Below are positions 50,322 through 64,000 of a stretch of 64,000 nucleotides of DNA, in pieces. Each line of letters starts with the position of its first letter. Positions within the stretch are counted from its first letter, which is position 1. The translations under genes and the position numbers were made by a program. Origin of the DNA: a bacterium (lineage in GTDB: Bacteria; UBA8248). Under the pieces are notes generated by a model. That model was not told the origin of the DNA and did not search any database. It was given only the letters and a program-made list of their open reading frames with translations. The stretch is from the NCBI GenBank assembly GCA_965213685.1, contig CBDBZY010000018.1, positions 672,001 through 736,000 on the forward strand. The letters are read 5' to 3'.

Positions 50322-51135
50322 GAGAGTGTATAAATGCTGGGCTGGACTGGACTGGATTACTAATTTAAGCATGCAAGTGTATTGGGACTTGGGAGAGTGG
50401 TCTGCGGGAACACTGGAAGACTTGCCATCACTTAATGCCCACTCTGGTCACCCTTTGCAGCCTCATTCTCAGGCCTTGCACTCATTTCCAGATAGAAAAA
50501 AGCTACACATACACTGTACACATACACTATGAGGAGAGATAGATCCGCAAATGGAGAGCACTGGTCTGGGAACCAGACTCACCATGTACAGATCATTTGC
50601 ACACTAGAACAAGAAAATTTAGAACACTGGAAGACTTTCCATCACTTAATGCCCACTCTGATCACCCTCTGCAGCCATAATTATTCTCAGTCCTTGCACT
50701 CATTTCCAGATAGGGTGCATGCACATGCGATATGGGGAGAGATTGGTCCGCAAATGAAGAGCACTGGTCTGGGAACCAGATCTCACCATTTAGAGACTGT
50801 TTACACACTAGGGCAAGAAAATTTGGTTGATGAACAAGCCTCACTCATAATTGTAATGAGTACTGTTCTACTGTGTGCAAGTGAGCTCTAAATGGTGAGT
50901 CTGGTTCCCAGACCAGTGCTCTCCATTTGTGGACCAGGTTCTCCTCATAGTGCATGCATGTGCACCATGTCTGGAAACAAGTGCAAGGTCTGAGAATGAG
51001 GCTGCAGAGGGTGATCAGAGTGGGCATTTCGTGATGGCAAGTCTTCCAGTGTTCTCCGCAGACCACTCTCTCAATACGCGTGCATGCTTAATTAGCTAGT
51101 CCAGTATTCCAGTCCAGTCCATAGTTTATACACTC
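50322..51135. mobile_element. Palindromic (ggact)n-arm foldback element; only its right arm survives at ~3350-3915 and ~45600-45990
   Basis: gagtgtataaa..ggactggactgga ... tccagtccagtcc..tttatacactc; internal blocks (gagcactggtctgggaaccagactcacc) occur in both orientations. Confidence 0.75.
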
Positions 51136-52959
51136 CAGTTCAGTTTGCCAGTCTCTCTCTCCTGCCAGCCTGTCTATCTCTCTGCCTGTCTCTCTGTCTG
51201 TCTGTCTCTGTCTCACTGTCTGTCTGTTGTCTGTTCTGCTGTCTATTGGTTTCTACACTCGTTCTGTTTGCTTGTCTGCCTGTCTGTCTGCCAGTCTCCC
51301 TCTCTGTCTGGCTCTGTCTCCCCGTCCATCTGTTTGTCTGTTCTGCTGTCCCTATTGGAACTCTCTCTGCCTTTCATATTTCTTTTCCTTCTCACCACAG
51401 AGCAAGTATAGATGTGCCACTTCATTTTGATGGTGGGTCAGTGGAATCTCCCGACTACAAGTGTGGCTACAAGTACACTGCAGGCAAGTATAGCAGCCTT
51501 TCATGCAGCCACAGAGAGCAAACGGTGGCTATCCTCTCAGAGTGAGTGGTTCTGGTGAGATACATGTCCACTGCACACATCAATCACTGATACTTGTCCA
51601 CTGCAGTGGCTGTTCTCAGCTGCGTTGACGGGTGGGAAGAGACAGTGAGGAAGGAATTACTGAAGCTGAGACAAGAAACATTGTTGACATCATGACTGCT
51701 TTTAAATTCATTGTGAATGTATACTGTTATGTACATGTAATTTCTCCTGCTTCCTCTGCCACTTCCTGCGCGCGCAACATTAATCACAGTAGCGTACTGA
51801 TATACCATAGATATCCCATGAGTACTGATATACCATAGATATATGCTGTTATGTACATGTACATGTAATTAATTTTCTCCTGCCACTTCCTGCGCAACAT
51901 ACCGCGTATAAAGGGCTCACAGTGGCGTTTAACTCCATGAGTACTGATATACATGTACATGTGCCATAGATATCCCATGGATGGGACTTTGAACTCGTGT
52001 GAATAGCAGATCCTTTGGTACGTTTGTTGATGCGTAGCTCCACGGATGAAGAAGGAAAGGTCGACATAAAAACGATGGCCGTTTCGAAAAAGATGAACGT
52101 GTGAAGACGTGCGTTTCCAAGACGTTAGAGACTTACATGTACGCGTACCGCGTACTGCCGCGGGTGAGCTGCATAAGATCTTCCAGCTTGCCTGGACACA
52201 AAGGCATGTACGCGTACCGCGAAGAAGCGGCATTTCAGGAACCGAGCAGTGAGTGTGTGCTCTCACTCTCACGCTGTTGACAGTCTCTCTCACTGACGGA
52301 CGTTAGACATTAGACAGTGTTGGTGTCAGTCTTATACATGTCTACTCACTTGCTCTGCATACGCACATTATGCATACATATTGCTGTACATGTACATGTT
52401 ACGTTGTCTCTACTACTGCTACATGTACCATCTTTCATTTTCTTGTTATACCTCATTCCTCTACCTCAAACTTTGTCTATTCTATTCCTATTCCTATCAC
52501 ATATTGAGAGCCGCTAGTTATATGCACGTCTTGCGTATGCATGCACATTTCTATTTACTCTCCCTCCCTCCCTCCCTCCTCACTATCTCTGTCCTTCTCA
52601 TTGACAAGGACATTTTGATATTTTAGTATTACTGCCAGTCAAAAGAATGTTCCAACATACACATATACATGTAAATCCTGTTGGAGAACAATGTTCTCTT
52701 GTCAGACTGTACTAACTGTTGTTAACTGTGATGTCATCTGTGTGTCTCTTTATAGCATGTATAGTGATGTAATGGTGTAGGCTTATTTAGAACTTTGTTT
52801 TGGCTGTGTAGTTCCAGCCACATGTTCATAAGAGTCAGTGCAATCACTTATTGTCAAAGCCGAGTCAGTCGCAAGTGCTTCTCTTTGCAACATACCCATC
52901 CCTTAATTACACCATTCACATTTCACTTGGTATATTCCTACCCCACAACCACATGTGTG

Positions 52960-53053
<94 letters not shown>

Positions 53054-53253
53054 TACAAGATACAACCCCCTGTGACACCTTACCTTTTACCTTCCCCTTC
53101 AGCTGATACCAATTCTTCCTCTTCCTTCCCCCACTTCCCCCCTTTGTTCCTCATCCTTACCTTTCTCCCTCTCCTGCTCACCCACCAAGATAAGATACTA
53201 TTCCAGCTATGTCCCTGCCCCATGCTGCGATGAGCTAGTGAGGTGGTGCCTAC

Positions 53254-56200
53254 CTTCACTCTCTCTCCTCTGCCGTTCTTCCTCCAACTTGGACCCACTC
53301 AGGACATTAGTTAGTGTCCACTTATCTTCCTCTTCACACTCTGCAGTGCAGGCAGAGATACATGTGCAGTTACCTAGGCAACACCCTTGCCAGTAATTAG
53401 TGCAGTACTCCTCCCTCTGCCCACAGAGGAGATCACATTACATCATCCACTCACACCTCACATCCTGTGCATAGTGCACTATGTACCCACAGGCAGGACA
53501 TGCCACAGCCTTGTACATGTACATACCATCTCACCACATCTCCTACTGCTACTGCTGCCCACAGCATCACTCCACAGTGAGCAGTGTGGCCAGTCCCCCA
53601 CTCCACTCACTGCCACAGTGCCCATCATGCTGCCTATCACACTCACTCCACTCACCAAACTCCAGGACTGTGGTGTCAGAGAGCAGCAGAAAATCATGTG
53701 ATGAGGTATACTTGGTAAGCTTATTGGAGACTCCAGCCACAGCCACTACCAACTTCTTTGTAGGAGTGAGGTGGATCACTCCACCACCATGCCCCCACCG
53801 TGGAGTCAGGGATCCTGGGGGAAGGAGTACCTGTAGGGAGGGGAACAGGAGAACACTGAAATGTACAGCAGTCCACACAATTGTCTGCTACTCCACTGCT
53901 TACTGTTGGCTGTCAGTGGAAGTGTGTTGTGCATTATCTCAAAGGCTGCACATCACCTCCTACACACCCACTGCACTCACTGCTGTCCAGTAATGGAGCA
54001 GCCCATTCCTCACTACTCTCTCCCTCTCCATACCACACAACTCTACACCACATGACTTCTCTACATGCACTGCACACACTGCCATATGGTCTCCACATGC
54101 CAACCTCTATCCACTCACATGCCACACCTACTCACCTGGGTTGGCTGCACAGGACAATACCGCACACACCACAACACACCATCACTACTGGTATAGGGGC
54201 AGGCTTACAAGGGGAAGTGTTCAGCTAAGCACTAGCCACACATGCAGTGTGAAGGTCATTGCCACACAGCAGCACCACTAAGGGGACATCAACACACTCA
54301 CTGCCTCATGAGCTCACAGCTCACTCACCTCCTCCCACTGGATGGCATTAATATTGAAGAGCCACACATCTCCCAGTGGCTCGCCTGTATTGGTCACACC
54401 TCCCACCATCACCATACATGGATGTGGTGGGTCTCTGTCTGGATCCCACAGACTGTAGGCTGTGTGTCTAGTCCTCTCCTCAGGCCATGGCTGGCCTGTC
54501 TGAGGTAGCACTGGTCCAGTCCAGTGCTGGAGAGGAAAAACAATTTGAACACACTTTGAGAACATGTAATCCACTCACTTATGCACATGCTCCAGCTCAG
54601 TAAGGCACCCTCCCCTCTCTACACTGCCTGTGTGGACTCACACTACTAGCTAGCCACACATGCCAGCCAATGTACATGGAACATGTACCTGCAAACTTCT
54701 TCTCCCATGCACACTGACTGGCATGTACACTGTACATACATGTACACTGTATGTAGTCTACATGTAGATTCTATCTCATCATGATAAGAGCAACATCTTG
54801 TCCACTACTCTATCAGTTGCTATGCATGTACACGCCACTATTGGGTCCCACCAGAGGCAATATATTACTGTATGTATGCCCATATTCACGTGTGTATGCT
54901 CATATTCATGTACATGTGTGTGCATGTGATGGTGTCTTGTGCAGGGGACAGTGTCTCCTGTAGCACTGCTCTACATGTATGTACTGCCAGACCTGCCACT
55001 CCTCATTCCAACTCACAGGCCATGCTCCCCTCTCTACACTGGCTCATGGCTGATGACTGAACACACACTCTCTTCCCTGCACTGACTCATACCAGGTATC
55101 TAGGCCCACACTAGCCTCACATCACATCATCGCAATCATATTACACTGATAGATAAATGTACGCACATGGAGAAGGTACTAATTATGTGTTTTATTGTTC
55201 AAACAACTCAACTACATAAGCAGTAGGCCACAGGTGATCTCAGACAGTACATTATTAATTAGGTACAACTATATCTCAGCCACTCACCCATGCCACAGTG
55301 TCCAGGATGAACACTGCATTTGTCCTCCTCATCCTCTCTGTATCCCCCCCACCAAACCACACGACTCTCCTCCTGTCCACTCTAGTGAAGATCATGCCAC
55401 TAGATGGAGGAGGAGTCCTACCAGTGGTGGGTGGAGTGGACCACTGACCTGGAGGGGGAGGGAGGGAGTGGTCTGAGACTAGCCACACCCACTGGCCTGG
55501 GGACACTGCTCACATGATCCACCAACACCCACCAGGTAAGGCACAAGGCACTCTGCTCCTCACAACCATCTACACCACTACATACTGACATGTACTAGTC
55601 AACGTGTGAGGAGCTCTGCAATACTCTCACTGTACTTGCTCTATTTGATTCTTTTACCATAAAATCGAACTCTTTTGCTGTTGGGGTAGGCGAATGGGAA
55701 ATATGTAAACAATTAACTTCTTATTCACAGACTGTAGTGGTATTGTGAGCATGGGAGTGAATACAGTTCATAGATGACACAGAAGAGGTGCCTGCCTCTG
55801 CAATGCTCTGACAACACTTCATTTGAATATTTTACTATGAAATATTTTGTTGGGGCCAATGGGAACTATCTCAAATAAGTAAACATTGAAACTTCCTGTT
55901 TATTAGTTGTTTATCATAGACAGTGGTGTAGTGCTATTGTGGGCATGGGAATGAATGCAATTCATAGTGTACACAGAGGAGGTGCCTGGCTGACTGTCCA
56001 AACATGAGCATGCCAGGCTGATTGCCTGACATGATACAGGTACATACATGTACATAGCAGAGGGTAGGGGATGTGACTTGTGTAGAGCAGCATACATAGT
56101 CACATCATTTGCATGCCCACCTCATGTGGTGAGAGGTAGCATGTCTGTGCATATATGTATGCTAGAATAACTGACATGGTTACCATGTACACAGGAGGAG

Positions 56201-58048
56201 AGAGTGCTTCCTTATTAGGAAGCATACTATTACCATGCCTGGCCAGGCTGTGTGGGTGTTTTTCAACTGTCTATGATGGGGCACAGAGACCACCTCCACC
56301 CTAACTAACAGCTCATCCTCAAGCAGCCACTGCTAGAGAGACAGCACTGCAGCACAGAAGAGACAGCCTAGCACCAAACATTACTAACTAGAGGAGTGAT
56401 GCAGCTGAGGAGGGCCTTGGAAACAAGAGAGACATGTCTACAGCAGATGAGCTGATATCAGCTCCCACGACTGCTCCTGAGACTGCACTGGAGGGAGAAG
56501 CTCGGCTGCAGTAGAGACACATTATATATAATTGCTTAAAAATAGATTGGCCTCTGAGACAATAGACAGGGGAGAGGTCCAGCTATGCAGTCCAGTTACA
56601 GTTGATAGCAACTCCTCAGCATGAGATATCTCACTGACAGTACCAGACAGAGGGAGCTGCAGAAAGTCACAGCTACAAGAAGCTCAGGTGCAGTAGAGAA
56701 ACGGATTGCTTTGAGGCTGTTACTTAATGGACTTTGAGACAGTAGAGACAGTAGAGAATGGAGAGGTCCAGCTGTGCAGTCCAGTTAGAGTTAAGAGCAA
56801 CTCCTCAGCATGAGATATATCTCACTGACAGTACCAGACAGAGGGAGTTGCAGAAAGCCATAACTACAGTGCATGTGTACATGTACATAAGGGGTAACTC
56901 AAAGTTTGCCATTCATATGGAGGGCACACTCCCACTAGGGGGTCTGGGAGAATGCCACTGAGTGAAGTATTGAAGTACAGACACTCTCAGATGGATTCTG
57001 AGGCATTCTGCAAGTAGTCATAGCCATTCCCATTATTTTGTTGGGGAGGGGGAGGGATGAAGTTGCTTTCTTGGGGGAGGGGGTGATATTCTAGGCCTTT
57101 TGCTCCCCCTGCATGAACCCCTGCTGATTTTGCAACACAACTGTACCCCATACACATGGCCACATGTATAATCATGCATACCTTACTGCAGCTAATGATA
57201 TCCTAAAATTTGAGGTACATAAGAGAGGGCAAAGAAATGGTATAACTGATCTGCAGCACATGACCACACTTATGCATATTACATGATGCACTACGGTAAT
57301 TGGTTTCTAATCCTCAAGTACACATACTTTGAGTAAGGTTGTCATGCTCTGGCAGCAATCAGTTGTCTCTATCTGCACTGAGTGTGTGGTCTGTGTCTGG
57401 TGTGATTACATGAGGCCATGTGTAGAGGTCAGCTCATACATGCAGTGGACCAGTTGTAACCTCATGCACAGCATGTGAGGTAGAGTAAAGGTACTGACAG
57501 TCCATGCACACACCTGACTCAGAGTTGTAGTACAGGAGCTGATTGGTGTATCCTCGACCTTCACTGTTCCCTGGAACAGGAATGAAGCCTGTCATTGGTT
57601 GGTGGGTAGGACGTTCTGCCAACCCTCCAGCAGTGAGTAGATCTCCATTAGTCAGTGACACAAGGCCAGAGTTCATAGTACGTAGCATTTGGCCAGTGCT
57701 GACAATTCTCCTCCATACAAAGTTTTGGGAGTTGAAAACAGAGAGCTCATTGCAGAAGCCTGGGTCACCACAGTGGCCGCCCATGAAGTACACGTTTTTG
57801 TGGTACGAGGTGACTGCAGCACCTAGGTACCATGATGGCAGCTCACCAGATGTCGGATATTTCTTCCATGATAGTGACACACCATCGAACACCTCCACGT
57901 CTTGTGGAAGTGTGACACTTTGTTTTTGCTGGAATGACTTAAGCATGCCCCTAAACATCCAGAGTTGTGAGCCAATTGAAAAGGTTGGTGCATCATAACG
58001 TTCCTCAGGATGGTATGAGCCAGTTGGCTGTGCAGGAGGCTCAGCCAT
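53254..58048 (-). CDS. Kelch beta-propeller module, paralogue 2; exons 58048-57514, 55448-55288, 54526-54329, 53830-53656, 53340-53254. Predicted to splice to the Roc exon at 42287
   Basis: Same exon sizes and phases as paralogue 1, with open frames. The last donor (GAA G|gtaggc) is phase 1, matching the phase-1 acceptor of the Roc exon. Confidence 0.85.
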
Positions 58049-60222
58049 GACTGGATCTGGGGAGAGGGGGGAAGGGGAGATAGCCACTGAGTGAAGTTTC
58101 AGCTACGATATTACAAGCCCGTAGGCAGGGGGGGTGCGTAGGGTGCATACGCATCCGACCCATTTGCACAGAGGTCCACCTTGAGCATTTTACGTGTGCA
58201 GAGCGAGCGTGTCACGCCTACTTTCAAAGAATTGAGTAATACAATTATGCACATGTGTGCCCACATGGAACTAGACCGTATTCGGTGAACACTCATGCGC
58301 GAGCGAAAGTATTATCCCTTCCTCCCCTACCCCTTTCGCTCACGTATGCGTGTTTACGGAATGCGGTCTGGCTCACGAGACTACCCACATGCTTACTGTA
58401 CTGCGCCAATGCTTGAATTAGAGTCTTTGCGCATATAAGTAGCATTATACATCTGTGTGTACGATACAGTATTACTTAACAGTTTATTGTAAAATATTTG
58501 TAAGTATACACCACCTTTGAAAAGTGTATGACACACCACTTCATGTAATTGTAACATTCTCTGAATGAGTAAGTTAGCCATATTTCATAAGGTCCACTTA
58601 ATTAAAGAATGCACCCACCCACTCCGTTTGCTGCCTACGGGCTTGCAATACACATTTGTAGAAGTACACATGTATATGTGAACATCTTTCAGGTCTGATT
58701 TGAGACAGTGGAACAAGATTGTAAGCTACAAACACTTGTAGTACGTGCAGCATGTGCAGTAGGCATATCTCAACACACGTGGGTATCAGTGCACTGGGCA
58801 GTGCTTCAAACTGTGTAAGGTAAACTAGGCAAATGCAGTCCAGTGTTGTGGCCAGGCTCACACCACTTGCAAGAGGCTGCTAAACTGAGAGGAGAAACCC
58901 CTTTATGTAGCCTTACCATCTAACTAGGTACTGAGGTTTCTATGCACAGTGGGGGAAATCCCATGATGTATTGTACTATGAGCTAATCCCATTGTGTGAT
59001 GGATTTCGTGGCTGCACACAAGGACATTCTGGAGCCATCTCATGCTGCTTGATGTCTGACCTTTATCACTCTATGCAAATGCTAGACATGTAACTCAAAC
59101 GGTGAAGTTACCATGAAGATACTATGTATACACTATCCGCAGACCATTACAGTTGCTGACATGAGGAATGAGGAGCAGGAGTTTTGTGCAGTGGGTGGAG
59201 ACCTGATGCAGCAATGAGTGAAATACTATGCACATTGAAGGAATGTCAGCGCACAATAATAGCGAGACCTGGCATGTAGGGGTGGGAGTATAGAGCAAGG
59301 AATGGTGCACTAACAGTAGCGGGTTCAAGCGGTAGAAACGTCTCATTTATTAGAAACCAAGTCAAGGGGCGATGGCTACTCTGAGCGTTACAGTCCTACT
59401 GTTAGGGGAGAGGCTTGCTATGGTACACAGAGGGATGTATTCTGAGCCAAGGACTGTCCGCTGAGCAGGGCAAAGGTTAGGGCCGCGCTTGTATATGTGA
59501 GAAAGCAAGTGACGCTCGGACTGGCAACGGGGAAAGGATGCTCGGATCATCCGATGTGTGACGGAACAAGGTCTGAGAGCTAGGCTTGACACTACTCTAG
59601 TCCTACCATGCAATCACAAGAGTGACAAAATGTCTAAAGGCTCTTGCCACTTGTTCCCACAGAGATACACATTGTGGCTTCGCGATCGCTGCCGGCCGCA
59701 GCGCTTATGATGTATGCAAAGGTAGGCGGAGATCTATACCCGCGCAACTTCTAAGCCTTTGGCCGTAAACTTATTATGGCTCACTCTTTTCTGGGTTCTC
59801 CTAGCCAGTTGAATGCTCCCTTTGTTTTATCTTGCACGGCGAGGTTCACTCCGATCTGCCCCACCCTTTGCTCGATAGTTTCCTCTTAGTATACGGATAT
59901 ACGCGACGTTGAGTCTCATGCAAAACCGGAAGTTCCGTGGGGAATATTGCTCAGCTCACATGAGGGCGACAAGCCAGCAATTCGAAGGCGCCGGCAAAAC
60001 GCTGTGTTTCTGAGGTGAATATTGAGCTATGGCGTTCAAGACTGTCACTTTCTACTGTCTCTCTACTGTATGGCTCGATCTGTTGTCTTTTATTCATTAA
60101 TTTTGTCGTATGTTTGCTAGTTTGCGAACGTGGAAGCGTCGATCCTAGTCGTTTTTTTTTTTCCAGCACATTTGACGGCTATTGTTTTTACGTCAGCTCT
60201 CGCTTGTTTAGATGCTCCAGAT

Positions 60223-60270
<48 letters not shown>

Positions 60271-60724
60271 ACTCACACGCACATTTTCGCCATCCACGCC
60301 TACTAAAGAGACACGTGAGTTACTCAGTACACGAATCAGGCGGCAAGTATTCATAGCACCTAGTGTAGCTCGCCTCCTATCAAGAATACTATTGCTAAGC
60401 ATAAGTATTCTAGCTATTTGCCTTGAGCGAGCCAAACGTATTTTCCGTGTACGCATGCGCTCGAGACTATAACTTTTGACGTTGCGTGCTCGTGTTCGCA
60501 ATGGTTTGCCACAATGAGAGTCTGGCCCCTTGTATGAACTACATTCCGACCCTTCTGCATAATTATTATTATAGGCTGTCACTTTCAGGCCTGATTTTTC
60601 TTTCCGACTATACTTTTGTTTCATGCATATTTCTACTATGATCTCTAGAGGTGAATAAAGTGGCATGTGAGAGGGGCATAGCTATGACAACAAAGAGTTG
60701 GTACAGCATAGTACATAGAAAAAC

Positions 60725-63216
60725 GACACAGACCATTTTGGAATACACATCAGACTTGTTCTCAAGCCATCTACTATGCACCCAAGAAGCTCAAAACCTT
60801 GTTGTAGAATGATATGGAGATATGCTCATGCAGACTTTCCTCTTGCACAGCAACTACTTTTTGAAGTAGACTGGGACAGGATCATTGCAGATGATGTTGA
60901 CTCCTCATGCCTGAATTGGCAATCCAAATTCCTTGAAATAATGGAGATCTGCATCCCCAAAAAAGTACTTCCCTCTGTGCAGGCAATGTGCCGAAAAAAT
61001 GCTCTATTTAAACGGGCCATGAGAAGTAGAGCTGATTCTGACTATGCCAAATACCGTGAAGCAAGGAATAATGTTGTGAGTAGTCTCAGATCTGCCAAGA
61101 GTGCCTACTTTCATAAACCATCTAATTCTAAGAAGTTTTGGCAAGCAGTGAAGTATCTCAAAAATAACTGCTCTTCTATCCCCACCCTGACACACCACAA
61201 CGTAAGTTATGAGTCCGATGAAGAAAAAGCTGCTGTTCTCAACTCACATTTTATCAGTTGCTTCAACAATACTGTTGAACCATTACAAGTACCAGATGAA
61301 GAAACATACATTTCTCACCAAGTCCCTGTGGATCTGTCCAACATTATGTGCAGTGAAGAGGAAGTTGAAGCAATGCTTCATTCACTTGACACTACTAAGG
61401 CAAATGGCAAGGATGGAATTTCAGCTCGAATGCTCAAGGAAACTCCTTCAATAACAAAACTGTTTAATTTATCTATCCAACTCTGTCGTATACCTCATGC
61501 CTAGAAAGATGCAATTGTTATGCCTATTCCTAAAAAAGCAGGGTGCCAAGACCCCCACAGAATTTAGACCAATATCCTTGCTCCCAATTCTAAGCAAGGT
61601 CCTTGAAAGACACTTCTATTTGCTAATCTCAGAGCACATAAGTGACCACTCTCCCCTTTCTACCTGCCAATTCAGCTTTCAGTCTGGGAAGTCTACCATT
61701 TCTGCCTTACTGTCAGTGACACAGGACTGGTTCAGACAGCTGGAGAAGAGACAAGAGATAGGGGCAGTGTTTTTTGATTTAAAAAAAGCTTTTGACTCTG
61801 TTCCACATCTCTCACTGGTTGATAAGCTTTATAAACTTGAACTTCATCGTTATATCATTAAATGGGTTCATCACTATTTAGCTGACAGAAAATAGAGTGT
61901 GGTGGTGAATGGAGCATCGTAGTTCCGTTTTAGTGACGTACATTACGCGTCGTGCGGTTGTATACTTTGCGTGCGGGCAGTGCAGCAGCGCAAGAAAAGG
62001 ATGGCAGCACTGCACTGCCGTCCAATAAGAGGCTGGAAGTGAACCTCCGACGAAGAAGCGGCGCTTACGGAAGAAGGAAATGGTGGAGCTCCGCCGGTGT
62101 TTGTTGTCGATCGAGCCTCCACGTTATAAAATAAGGCGTCCCGAAGCGGTTAGGTGTCCCGGCATCGTCAAATCTACCCCGCTTTTGCGGCAAACTGCTA
62201 GCATTGTCGCTAGCTTAGCTATCTAGGTCAAGCGCCGCGCCGCTCTGTAGCCTCTGAGTGAGTGAAAATTTTCTCAGATCGCTATCACGGAATGCGTAGG
62301 TGGCATGGTGCGCCACTCTGACGCTTGATTGAACGAGTGGTTTCCATATTTGGAAGTTAGCTGGCTAATGATTTGGATTTGGATGGCACTCGGGTGTAGG
62401 CGGTAGTTACACGCTCCTTCGCGGCTTCGCCGCTCATAAGCTCCTGATACAACCAAGTGTATATTCATGTTGGTGTCTCGAAAGAATAGGACCAGCATTC
62501 CAAGTGTCACCATCTCTCTCTACGGAGTACCACTTGAGAACGTCACCACTTTCAAGTACTTAGGTGTACTGCTGTCTTCTGGTCAAGTCATATACAAAAA
62601 AAAATTGTTCAAAGGCAAGGCAGCTATTGGGACTCCTTTATAGGAGATTTTACAGACATTCAAGTGAACAAACTCTACGTCAACTCTACATTTCGGTAGT
62701 ACTTCCACATTTGGAGTATGGTTCATCTGTGTGGTCTCCCCATCTGCAAAAGGATGTCGCTATGTTGGAAAAACCTCAACATTTTGCTTGTAAAATATGC
62801 ACAAAACTATGGGATTCCAACTACTATGAGCTCCTTGACCGACTTCGAGTTCCAACCCTAGCTAATCGCAGGCTGCACACTGACCTGTGTTTGCTGTATA
62901 AGATCGTCTATGGAATAATATACTTTCCACCTGACATAATCATTTCTAGTGCCAGGGTCACACACAGTACTCACTGTCACTTACTTCACCAGCCATTTGC
63001 ACATACAGATGCCTACCTTAATTCTTTTGTTCCTAGGTCTATATCTTTGTGGAACTCATTACCTAACTCTGTTCTATCATTATCCTCTTTCACTAGATTT
63101 CAGTGTACTTTATCATTATAATACCTTATAGGGTACACATTCTCATTAGCTCCTGTTACTCTGTGTATCCATGCTCTACAACTAAATTGTCATAGAAATT
63201 GTCATAGAAAAAAAAA
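60725..63216 (+). mobile_element. Degenerate CR1/L2-type LINE; RT core replaced by a ~530-bp unrelated insert (~61920-62450); poly(A) end
   Basis: KANGKDGISARMLK, FRPISLLPILSKVLE, FFDLKKAFDSVPH, LYISVVLPHLEYGSSVWSP; A-run at ~63208-63216. Confidence 0.9.
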
Positions 63217-63254
63217 GTAATGCAGAAAAAAGACAATGTGTACTGCAATTATTT

Positions 63255-64000
63255 AATGAGTATAATAATAATAATAACAATAAACAAAGGGATACAAAGA
63301 TAGCCTTAAGCTAATACTATGTATACCCTATGACAAAATGTTTACATAGACAATGTTTAAAAGTAGAGATGGAGTTACAACATGGAAGGGAGGCAGGTAG
63401 TTCATTCCACATACGTACTGATTGGGGGAAGAAAGAAGAGAGGTATTGGCAAGTATGCCCACTAAGATAATGCAAATGATGGCTATGTGATGCACGAGTT
63501 GAATAGTATATTTGACGTTGCACAAGTGGTGGTTCTGTAAAGTAGGTCATGTTGTAATATACTTATAGAGCAAAACGAGTTTCATTCTCTTGAGTCTCAC
63601 TTGTAGAGTATGCAGTAACTCTTCATAGCTCCAGTGCCATTGCTTTGTGCATACTTTTGCCGCAAATTTTTGCACCTTCTCCAGCAGCTGAATATCTTTT
63701 TGCAAGAAAGGGTCCCACACAGTGCATGCATACTGCAAATGTGGACGAATTAGCAAGAGATAGAGATGCTTCATAGTGTTTGTGTCAGCACACTGGTAGA
63801 ATTGCCTGTACACTAGTCCAACAAGTCGTCGAGCTCTTTGACTGACAAGCTGAACATGTCTACTCCACATGAGGTCACTGGTGAGGTTAATGCCAAGATA
63901 TGTGATGGTATTACACTCCTCTATGTGGTGACCATTCAGTAAGAGAGTTGGAAGGACGCATCTCTTTCTTTTTCTTGACACCACCATATAGGCTTACACT
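63255..64000 (-). mobile_element. 3' end of a second CR1/L2-type LINE, tail-to-tail with the previous one, running off the window
   Basis: TYLGINLTSDLMWSRHV..LIRPHLQYACTVWDP..LEKVQKFAAKVC..SFFPQSVRMWNELP; (tta)n tail. Confidence 0.88.

Overview
Repeat-rich, intron-containing eukaryotic DNA. It is probably from a basal metazoan such as a demosponge; this is inferred from dense TACATGTA motifs, the repeat families and the gene content, and is not proven. The window holds two paralogous units of a tandem duplication about 44.5-46.5 kb apart (1-~12.4k vs ~44.5k-59k). Each unit carries a five-exon, minus-strand Kelch beta-propeller module. Downstream of the right-hand Kelch module on the same strand lie exons for a Roc-like P-loop GTPase-COR region, three mini-exons, a ZU5-UPA unit with an intact HFS autoproteolysis motif, and a C-terminal Death domain. 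All hand-located splice sites are phase-compatible, giving a predicted protein of ~1570 aa: Kelch-Roc-COR-ZU5-UPA-Death, with one 1-bp frameshift in the Roc exon. The two Kelch paralogues differ mainly by amino-acid-changing substitutions while neighbouring introns are nearly identical, which suggests a diversifying innate-immune-like sensor array. The rest is an intact hAT transposon (empty paralogous site visible), many MITEs, LINE fragments, tRNA-derived repeats, a Helitron-like remnant, orphan exons from unrelated genes and long microsatellites.
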